DNA of 63,987 nt, from assembly GCA_044372565.1 (NCBI GenBank), contig JBILRP010000005.1, forward strand, positions 1 through 63,987, written 5' to 3'. This DNA is from Bacilli bacterium (lineage in GTDB: Bacteria > Bacillota_I > Bacilli_A > RFN20 > CAG-826). The translations under genes were made by a program, and so were the position numbers. Under the pieces are notes generated by a model that worked only from the letters and a program-made list of their open reading frames with translations, did no database searches and was not told the DNA's origin. Shown here piece after piece: positions 36,882 through 44,650 of this stretch (the first letter of the stretch is position 1; every line of letters starts with the position of its first letter).

Positions 36882-37813
36882 AACCATTAGCGATTTTATT
36901 CGCTGGACAAGGGGCACAATCCTTAGGGATGGGTTTATCCGCCTTAACCCAAACCCCGCAACTTGAATCGCTATTCTCTACCATCCAAAAGCAACTTGAT
37001 TTTGATTTAAAAGGCATACTATCAGGGCAACTTCCTGGTCTTGATCAAACGCGTTACACGCAACCATCGTTGGTGGCTACCTCGATTCTTTATTATCAGC
37101 AATTACAATCTTTATTACCGATAAAACCAAGTTATTTTTTAGGTTTTTCTTTAGGTGAATATACCGCGTTATTTGCCAGCGGTCATACGGACTTAGCAAC
37201 CACCCTCCAATTGATTCAACATCGGGCCAAAGCCATGGCTTCATCAAGTGAAGCCAATCCGGGAATGATGGCAGCGATTCTTGGTTTATCTTTTGTAACC
37301 TTACAATCCATTTGCCAAGTCATCAGTCGCGAAGGGCATGTGGTGGTGATTGCCAACATCAATAGTCCTGGGCAATTGGTGATCTCTGGCCACGCTTTGG
37401 CCGTTAAAGAAGCGATGCTCGAAGCGACCAAACAAGGAGCAAAAAGAACCATTGCACTTAATGTTTCGGGGGCATTTCATTCGCCGTTAATGCAATCCGC
37501 AAGTACTGCTATTGCATCTTTTTGCCGAACCATCACCTTCAAACCCTCACACACCCCGATGATATTCAATTGGACAGGAAAACCTTTACCAACATTAAAA
37601 GATTTACCTATCTACCTAACAAACCAAGTGAAAGCCTCCGTTCAATTTGAAGCTTCAATCCAATATTTAACCCAGCAAGGGATTAACCATTTTCTAGAAA
37701 TTGGCCCAGGCAATGTGTTAACGAATCTAGTTAAAAAAATAAATCCAGATGCTCGCGTGGTTTCTTTTAATGGTGTTGATGATTTACAAACAATAAAGGA
37801 GTTGATGTTATGA
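36878..37813 (+). CDS. fabD: Malonyl CoA-ACP transacylase
   Basis: FAGQGAQ, GFSLGEY (active-site Ser) and SGAFHSPLM motifs. Confidence 0.9.
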   Translation: MKPLAILFAGQGAQSLGMGLSALTQTPQLESLFSTIQKQLDFDLKGILSGQLPGLDQTRYTQPSLVATSILYYQQLQSLLPIKPSYFLGFSLGEYTALFASGHTDLATTLQLIQHRAKAMASSSEANPGMMAAILGLSFVTLQSICQVISREGHVVVIANINSPGQLVISGHALAVKEAMLEATKQGAKRTIALNVSGAFHSPLMQSASTAIASFCRTITFKPSHTPMIFNWTGKPLPTLKDLPIYLTNQVKASVQFEASIQYLTQQGINHFLEIGPGNVLTNLVKKINPDARVVSFNGVDDLQTIKELML

Positions 37814-38556
37814 GTGAAACAAAACGAGTTGCCATTGTCACCGGTGGGGCGACAGGCATCGGCCTTGCCATCAGTTTACAATTGGCCAAAGATGGCTTTA
37901 TTGTCGTGGTGAATTACCATGCTTCGAAGGATGCTGCCGATAAGCTTGTTTCCACGATTCAGTCCCTGGGTGGTCAAGCCTTGGCGGTTCAAGCCAATTT
38001 AAGCCAAGTCAGCGAAGCAGAAAAATTAATTCAAACAACGATTCAAACCTTTCAACGCTTGGATGTTTTAGTCAACAACGCTGGAATCACCGATGATACC
38101 TTGATGTTAAGAATGAGCGAAGATCAATTTGATCGCGTCATTGAAACAAACTTAAAAGGCGTTTGGGCAACTTGTAAGTATGCCTTAAAACCACTAATGC
38201 AGGCAGGTCAAGGTCGAATCATTAATATTGCCTCTGTTTCTGGCATGATGGGCAATGCTGGACAAGCGAATTACGCGGCTGCCAAAGCCGGTGTCATTGG
38301 TTTATCCAAGACCCTTGCTCGCGAAATGGCAAGTCGAAATATCACCGTGAATGTTGTAGCCCCTGGATTCATTGAAACAAGAATGACGGCGGGATTATCC
38401 CCTGCCATCAAAGAATCTGCCCTTGGCATGATTCCTTTGAAAAAGTTTGGTCAACCGGAAGATATTGCTTTTATGGTTAGTTTTTTAGCGTCAAATAAGG
38501 CACAATATATTACAGGACAAACCATTGTCGTCGATGGTGGGATGACCATGTATTAA
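37810..38556 (+). CDS. fabG: 3-oxoacyl-ACP reductase
   Basis: SDR with TGGATGIG, NNAG and YAAAKAG motifs. Confidence 0.9.
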   Translation: MSETKRVAIVTGGATGIGLAISLQLAKDGFIVVVNYHASKDAADKLVSTIQSLGGQALAVQANLSQVSEAEKLIQTTIQTFQRLDVLVNNAGITDDTLMLRMSEDQFDRVIETNLKGVWATCKYALKPLMQAGQGRIINIASVSGMMGNAGQANYAAAKAGVIGLSKTLAREMASRNITVNVVAPGFIETRMTAGLSPAIKESALGMIPLKKFGQPEDIAFMVSFLASNKAQYITGQTIVVDGGMTMY

Positions 38557-38572
38557 TAAGGAGCCAATCATC

Positions 38573-39802
38573 ATGAAAAAAAGAGTCGTTGTGACTGGAC
38601 TTGGTGCCGTCACTCCAATTGGGAATGATGTGTCCACCATGTGGACCAACATGCTTAAAGGTGTGAATGGTATTGCTACCATCACACTGTTTGATCCAAA
38701 CATCAGTAAAGTAAAAATTGCCGCGGAAGTTAAACATTTAGACCCATCCAAATATATGGATGAACGAAGTGCAAGTAAACTTGATCGAGTCATTGTCTTA
38801 GGCATCCTGGCCGCAAGTGAAGCGTATGAAGATGCGAAATTAAAACCTGAATCGGTGGATCCTTATCGCTTTGGCACCTTTGTAAGCTCTGGAATCGGCG
38901 GATTGAATTCAATTTGGACAGAATCTCAAGTTGCTCATGGTCGTGGGTTAGAAAGAATTTCTCCACATTTTATTACCAATTCAATCATTAATCTTATCGG
39001 TGGCAATATTTCCATGCGCTTCAAAGCCAAAGGTCCAAACTTACCTGTGGTCACTGCTTGTTCGGCAAGCACCAATTCAATTGGTGAAGCTTTTCGCTAT
39101 ATTCGTGATGGCTATTTGGATGTGGCCTTTGCCGGTGGATCAGAATCTTCCATCAATCCTTTAGGGATTAGCGGATTCGCGGTGATGCGGGCTTTACACA
39201 TGGGAGATAATCCTAACTTAGCGAGTATGCCATTTGATAAAAAGCGTTCTGGATTCGTCATGGGTGAAGGGGCGGGGGTTTTAATTCTAGAATCCTATGA
39301 CCACGCGATTGCCCGTAAGGCGAAAATTTATGCAGAGCTTGTTGGCTATGGATCAACCTCGGATGCATTCCACGTGACGGCACCAGATGAAACCGCTGAA
39401 GGCATTAGCAAGTGCATGGAATTAGCAATAACGGATGCTGGTATTCAGCCTCATCATATCGATTACATCAATGCTCATGGAACCTCCACTCCGTTGAATG
39501 ATCGGATTGAAACCTTAGGGATTAAAAAAGTTTTTGGTCCTCACGCTTATCAATTAAACGTATCGAGTACCAAAGGCATGACCGGACATATGCTAGGAGC
39601 GACTGGTGCTGTGGAATCGATTGCCTGTATCCTTGCCCTTGTGAATCAGGTTGTCCCACCCACCATCACCACCACGGAAACAGCTGCTGAATGTGATTTA
39701 AATTACACCTTAGGAAAACCGGTGCAACGACAAGTCAATTACGCCTTGAATATCAATCTTGGATTCGGCGGACAAAATGCCGCGTTAATTTTTAAGAGGT
39801 AA
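38573..39802 (+). CDS. fabF: 3-oxoacyl-ACP synthase II
   Basis: 409 aa with active-site TACSAS, NAHGTSTP and a GHMLGATG/GFGGQNA C-terminus. Confidence 0.9.
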   Translation: MKKRVVVTGLGAVTPIGNDVSTMWTNMLKGVNGIATITLFDPNISKVKIAAEVKHLDPSKYMDERSASKLDRVIVLGILAASEAYEDAKLKPESVDPYRFGTFVSSGIGGLNSIWTESQVAHGRGLERISPHFITNSIINLIGGNISMRFKAKGPNLPVVTACSASTNSIGEAFRYIRDGYLDVAFAGGSESSINPLGISGFAVMRALHMGDNPNLASMPFDKKRSGFVMGEGAGVLILESYDHAIARKAKIYAELVGYGSTSDAFHVTAPDETAEGISKCMELAITDAGIQPHHIDYINAHGTSTPLNDRIETLGIKKVFGPHAYQLNVSSTKGMTGHMLGATGAVESIACILALVNQVVPPTITTTETAAECDLNYTLGKPVQRQVNYALNINLGFGGQNAALIFKR

Positions 39803-39804
39803 CC

Positions 39805-40227
39805 ATGTTCAATCTCGATAAAATTAAAACCATTATTCCTCACCGCGAACCGTTCATCATGATTGACCGGATTTTAGAAAACCAACCACTGGTCTCTGCT
39901 GTTAGTGAAAAAGATATTTTATCTAGTGCTTTTTGGGTCCCTGGGCATTTTCCGAAAAACCCAGTATTTCCTGGAGTTTTAATCGTGGAAGCGTTTGCAC
40001 AAACCGGAGCTGTATGTGTGCTCACTGCGCCTACTTATATTGGCAAGATTGGGTATTTCTCATCCATTCAAGAAGTGAAATTTAAACGTCTTGTGGTTCC
40101 CGGCGATACATTACGATTGCATGTGACCCTTCTTCATCGCAAGGTTGGTTTCTTCTTTTTTGAAGGCCAAGCCTATGTCGGCGATCAACTTGCTTGCTTA
40201 GCCAAGTTCTCTGTTGCGGTTGGCTAG
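39805..40227 (+). CDS. fabZ: 3-hydroxyacyl-ACP dehydratase
   Basis: IPHREPFIMIDRI ... PGHFPKNPVFPGVLIVEAFAQ hot-dog fold signature. Confidence 0.9.
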   Translation: MFNLDKIKTIIPHREPFIMIDRILENQPLVSAVSEKDILSSAFWVPGHFPKNPVFPGVLIVEAFAQTGAVCVLTAPTYIGKIGYFSSIQEVKFKRLVVPGDTLRLHVTLLHRKVGFFFFEGQAYVGDQLACLAKFSVAVG

Positions 40228-40229
40228 CC

Positions 40230-40739
40230 ATGGCGATTCTAACCTTTGATACGATTGATTCAACCAATAATTACTTAAAACTACATGCCGATTCATTACC
40301 TCACTTCACGATTGTGCGTGCACGTTTTCAACATGCAGGTCGGGGCCAGTTGGTTAGACAATGGCAAAGTAATCCTAACGAAAATATTCTTGTTTCTTTG
40401 TTGATGAAATCTTTTCAACAGTATGCCAATGTCAAAGCCATTGAGTCCGCTTTTATCCAATTGTGTCAATCTTTTTTTACTCACTATGGGATTCATGTTG
40501 ATCATAAACTACCCAATGATTTAATGGTCAACGGCAAAAAAATTGCTGGGATGTTGATTGAAACCAAACAACAAGAAAATACCCTTCAGCATGTCATTTT
40601 GGGCGTAGGTTTAAATATCAATCAAACTTCATTTGTTAATTTACCATCGGCGACATCACTGGCGATTTTAACCAAGAAAACGTATCCCATTGATGCCCTT
40701 TTTGAACATTTCATTGAGGTATGTTCGCCCTTAAAATAG
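40230..40739 (+). CDS. Minimal biotin--protein ligase catalytic domain (169 aa; no HTH, no C-terminal domain)
   Basis: BPL motifs are present: STNNYL, GRGQLVRQW (GRGRxGRxW-like), KLPNDLMVNGKKIAGMLIE (catalytic Lys context) and GVGLNIN. I chose the ATG at 40230, immediately after the fabZ stop. Confidence 0.7.
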   Translation: MAILTFDTIDSTNNYLKLHADSLPHFTIVRARFQHAGRGQLVRQWQSNPNENILVSLLMKSFQQYANVKAIESAFIQLCQSFFTHYGIHVDHKLPNDLMVNGKKIAGMLIETKQQENTLQHVILGVGLNINQTSFVNLPSATSLAILTKKTYPIDALFEHFIEVCSPLK

Positions 40740-40781
40740 TTATAAACATGCTAAAATAATAGAGTTAAAGGAGCAATAACA

Positions 40782-41810
40782 ATGTTACATGTAGGCATTA
40801 TCGGTTTAGGTCGAATGGGTGAAAATATGTCTCGACGATTACTGCAAAAAGGATTTAAAACGTTCGGGTATCGCACGTCGTTAGATAAACTCAAGGAACA
40901 AGAAAAGTTAGGATACATTTCCCTAGCTTGTGCTGATTTACCCACGCTGGTGAAAGCGGTCAAGGCGAAACAAAAGCGAGGGATTTTTCAAATGGTTGTC
41001 CCTGCCCAATCTGTTGAAGAAACGATTCGGACTTTGCTTCCTTTACTTTCTCAAGGTGATATCATCATCGATCATGGCAATTCCAATTTTAAAGATTCTC
41101 GTCGACGCGCCTTGATGCTCAAACAAAAAGGCATTGATTATTTAGATTGTGGAACCTCTGGCGGTGTCTATGGTTTAGAACGAGGTTACTGCTTAATGGT
41201 TGGCGGCGATACCAGTGCTGTTCAATTTTGTTCGCCAATTTTTGAAACCTTATCTCCTCATATCGAAGGTGCACCACGTTTATTACCTAAGACGCCAGAA
41301 ACTCCAGCCGAACATGGTTGGTTACATTGTGGCCCAGCAGGTGCTGGTCATTTTGTGAAGATGGTTCATAACGGGATTGAATATGGCATCATGCAAGCCT
41401 ATGCGGAAGGATTTAATATTTTAAAACAAGCCAATTTAGGAAGTAGCTTTATCAATAAAGGCGATGCCGAAGTTGCCCCCATGAGCGACCCGGAAAATTA
41501 TCAATACCCAATCAATGTTCCGGAAGTGGCAGAATTATGGCGTCGAGGATCTGTCATTGGATCATGGTTACTCGACTTAACTGCAGAAGTACTAAAAAAC
41601 GATGCACAACTGAACGCCTTCAAAGGCGGTGTGTCTGATTCTGGTGAAGGTCGTTGGACCGTCAACACTGCTGTGGATTTAGGGGTTCCTGCCACGGTCT
41701 TATCAAGTGCCTTATTTGCCCGATTTGAAAGTCGTGACCAAGCTGATTTTGCCAATCGAATTTTAAACGGAATGCGCTTTATGTTCGGGGGACATCATGT
41801 CCGAAAATAA
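40782..41810 (+). CDS. gnd: 6-phosphogluconate dehydrogenase (decarboxylating), short Gnd-like/YqeC type
   Basis: N-terminal Rossmann motif IGLGRMG, then HGNSNF ... CGTSGG ... GAGHFVKMVHNGIEYGIMQAYAEG. Confidence 0.8.
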   Translation: MLHVGIIGLGRMGENMSRRLLQKGFKTFGYRTSLDKLKEQEKLGYISLACADLPTLVKAVKAKQKRGIFQMVVPAQSVEETIRTLLPLLSQGDIIIDHGNSNFKDSRRRALMLKQKGIDYLDCGTSGGVYGLERGYCLMVGGDTSAVQFCSPIFETLSPHIEGAPRLLPKTPETPAEHGWLHCGPAGAGHFVKMVHNGIEYGIMQAYAEGFNILKQANLGSSFINKGDAEVAPMSDPENYQYPINVPEVAELWRRGSVIGSWLLDLTAEVLKNDAQLNAFKGGVSDSGEGRWTVNTAVDLGVPATVLSSALFARFESRDQADFANRILNGMRFMFGGHHVRK

Positions 41811-43080
41811 CGCCCTCGTTATTTTTGGATCAACTGGTGATTTAACATTTCAGAAACTCTTGCCCGCCCTTGCTCGTCTCAACCAACTTTCTCCTCATCT
41901 GATTCAAAAGATTTTTCTTATCGGACGGCAAGGAAAAACGTTAGCTGAATACATCACCTATGGAATCGACCATGGCTTAGACGCGAAGGTGATTTTGCCA
42001 TTGATGGATAAACTCCATTACGTCTTCATGCAGGCAACAGAAAAAGATAGTTACGCGACCTTGGTGCCGTTACTCAAACCTTTTTCAGGTCGTTATATTT
42101 ATTTGGCAACCCCGCCTTCCATGTTTCACTTCATTACCGCTTCGTTATCTGATCTAGGTTTGCTTGAACAAGGTAATACACACCATCGCTGTGCGTATGA
42201 AAAACCATTTGGAGAAAATGGTAGTACCGCCAACGTCCTTAATGACTTATTGCATGAAGTGATTGAAGAAAAGCAACTATATCGGGTTGACCATTATTTA
42301 GCAAAGCCCTTGATTCAACAATTGATTAAAATTCGTATGCAATGGGCTACCGTGGGGATGGAGTCTTTTTGGCAAAGCCCACATATTGAACGGATTCAAC
42401 TCGTTGCCCATGAAACCGTAAGCATTCTTTCCCGTGGTAAATTTTATGATGCCACAGGCGCATTAAAAGATATGATTCAAAGTCATCTGCTTGAAACCTT
42501 GGCATTGGTGATGATGGATTTACCAAAACGTATTGATGATGTGGCCGCGATTCAAACCAATAAAATTGCTTTCTTACGTTCACTCAAACCGAGGATAGAC
42601 CAAGTGGTGGTCGGCCAATATGTTGGTTATCCACAAGAACTGCATGTCAACCCATCCTCAATCACGGAAACGTATGCATATGTTCCTTTAACAAGCAATC
42701 TCATTCGGTGGAAAGACACGATGATGACGCTTGAAACTGGAAAGAAACTAGATGAAAAAAGAACGTCAATTGATGTTTATTTCCGCAATGGCCATCGCCT
42801 TCAATTTCAAATCGCTCCATCCGTGAAAGTGATCCTTGATCAAGATTGGTTAGCTTCCTTACCCACGAACATCGCTCATCATTTAACAACATTAAGTCAT
42901 CATCCCTTTGCCACCGAAGATGCTTATGTGACCATTTTTTCAGATTTCTTTCAAGGCAATCAAACCTTATTTCCATCGAACAAAGAAATTGAAGTCACCT
43001 GGGCATTGATTGATCAAATCAAGCAAAAACCTCTGATGCCAAGACGTTATCAATCTCTGAAAGATTTAACCAGAAAGTAG
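41797..43080 (+). CDS. zwf: Glucose-6-phosphate 1-dehydrogenase
   Basis: IFGSTGDLTFQKLLPAL NADP motif and YRVDHYLAK active-site motif. It overlaps gnd by 14 nt. Confidence 0.9.
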   Translation: MSENNALVIFGSTGDLTFQKLLPALARLNQLSPHLIQKIFLIGRQGKTLAEYITYGIDHGLDAKVILPLMDKLHYVFMQATEKDSYATLVPLLKPFSGRYIYLATPPSMFHFITASLSDLGLLEQGNTHHRCAYEKPFGENGSTANVLNDLLHEVIEEKQLYRVDHYLAKPLIQQLIKIRMQWATVGMESFWQSPHIERIQLVAHETVSILSRGKFYDATGALKDMIQSHLLETLALVMMDLPKRIDDVAAIQTNKIAFLRSLKPRIDQVVVGQYVGYPQELHVNPSSITETYAYVPLTSNLIRWKDTMMTLETGKKLDEKRTSIDVYFRNGHRLQFQIAPSVKVILDQDWLASLPTNIAHHLTTLSHHPFATEDAYVTIFSDFFQGNQTLFPSNKEIEVTWALIDQIKQKPLMPRRYQSLKDLTRK

Positions 43081-43088
43081 GATCATGT

Positions 43089-43706
43089 ATGGACTATGAT
43101 ATTTCTTTACCCATCGAATCATCGATGATGGTGTATAAACAAAAACCAGAAAAAATCCCTCAATTTAAGGTTCAAAATAACCTCCATCTTGGTGGAAGTT
43201 ATGAGACCACGCTTTCGATGAATATCCATACGGGAACCCATATCGACTTTCCTTTGCATATGCAAGCCAATGGGAAAACATCCACTGGGTTTAACCCCAC
43301 GCGATTAATCACCGACGTACGTGTCATTGATTGTGGCGACGTGATCGTCATTGATGAAGCATTTTTAGCGAAACAAAAGATTGCCATCGGATCCTTTATT
43401 TTATTGAAAACCAAAAGTAGTTTTTCCAAGAGCTTTTTGTTTGATTTCCCTTACCTGAATGAAAGTGGTGCACAGTATTGTAGTCGACAAAAACTTCAAG
43501 GGGTTGGCATTGATGCCTTGGGCATTGAACGAGATCAGTCTGATCATCAAACCCATCATGAACTCATGAATCATCACATCATCATCTTAGAAGGTTTACG
43601 CCTTCAATCTGTTCCGGAAGGGATTTACCAAATGATTGCCTTGCCTATCTCCATTCCAGGAATGGACGCCTTGCCCGTACGAGCGATCTTAAGAACAAAG
43701 TCATGA
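43089..43706 (+). CDS. Putative cyclase / arylformamidase-family metal hydrolase
   Basis: HTGTHIDFPLH matches the HxGTHxDxPxH signature of the cyclase (kynurenine formamidase-like) family. A C-terminal His/Glu cluster (HHELMNHHIIILEGL) is also present. Confidence 0.75.
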   Translation: MDYDISLPIESSMMVYKQKPEKIPQFKVQNNLHLGGSYETTLSMNIHTGTHIDFPLHMQANGKTSTGFNPTRLITDVRVIDCGDVIVIDEAFLAKQKIAIGSFILLKTKSSFSKSFLFDFPYLNESGAQYCSRQKLQGVGIDALGIERDQSDHQTHHELMNHHIIILEGLRLQSVPEGIYQMIALPISIPGMDALPVRAILRTKS

Positions 43707-44644
43707 AAGATCCAAAGAAGATGAACCTTCTATTGATGGGAACTCCCGAGCTCGCTCGGGATGTCTTTCAAGCCATCCATCAAGCGGGTTATAACGTTAT
43801 TGGCTTAGTTTGCCAGCCAGATACAGAGGTTGGTCGTCAGCGAATCCTCACCAAACCGCCGACGAAACTTTGGGCAGAGGCTAACGGCATTCCCGTCTTT
43901 CAACCTGAAAAAATTCGCCTTGATCATCATTTTTTAGATCAACTTGATGTTGATTTTATTTTAACGTTAGCCTACGGACAAATTGTCCCGCAGGCAGTCT
44001 TAGATAAACCTCATTTTGGTGCTTTTAATTTTCATGGAAGCTTATTACCAAAATATCGTGGGGCATCCCCATTACGATTTGCTTTGATTCATCAAGAAGA
44101 AGTCACGGGCATGAGTTTGATGAAGATGGTCTTAGCCATGGACGCAGGACCGGTGTACGCGATGAAACGAATGACGATTTTACCCGATGATAATTACACA
44201 TCTTTACTCCAACGCTTTTCTCCCTTCACCATTGCGTTTGCTTTACAAACGCTTCCTCGTTTGTTTGGCGGAGAACTTTCTCCAGTGGCTCAAGTGGAAA
44301 AGGATGTGACGTTTGCTCCGATGATTACCAAAGACGATGAGCATTTAAAGTTAACCTTACCCTTACCTCATTTCTTAGGATGGATCCGTGGGCTTGCAGA
44401 AACCCCTGGGGGCTATGTGATTAGTGAAGAAAAAAAACTTAAAATTCTTCAAGCTAACGTCGTGGCTAACACTGAAAATCATCCCATCGGTACGTTGATC
44501 AAAGTCGATCATCAAGGCGTTCATCTCCAAGTCTTGGGCGGAATCATCTCGCTTGATATGGTTCAAATTGAAGGCAAAGGAAAGATGAGTGGCCAAGTGT
44601 TTGGCAATGGTCATCGCCATTTGTTATCCACACGAATCACCTAA
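43703..44644 (+). CDS. fmt: Methionyl-tRNA formyltransferase
   Basis: LMGTPELA ... VCQPDTEVGRQR ... FNFHGSLLPKYRGASPL motifs. ATGA overlap with the upstream cyclase gene. Confidence 0.9.
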   Translation: MKDPKKMNLLLMGTPELARDVFQAIHQAGYNVIGLVCQPDTEVGRQRILTKPPTKLWAEANGIPVFQPEKIRLDHHFLDQLDVDFILTLAYGQIVPQAVLDKPHFGAFNFHGSLLPKYRGASPLRFALIHQEEVTGMSLMKMVLAMDAGPVYAMKRMTILPDDNYTSLLQRFSPFTIAFALQTLPRLFGGELSPVAQVEKDVTFAPMITKDDEHLKLTLPLPHFLGWIRGLAETPGGYVISEEKKLKILQANVVANTENHPIGTLIKVDHQGVHLQVLGGIISLDMVQIEGKGKMSGQVFGNGHRHLLSTRIT

Positions 44645-44650
44645 GGGTTT

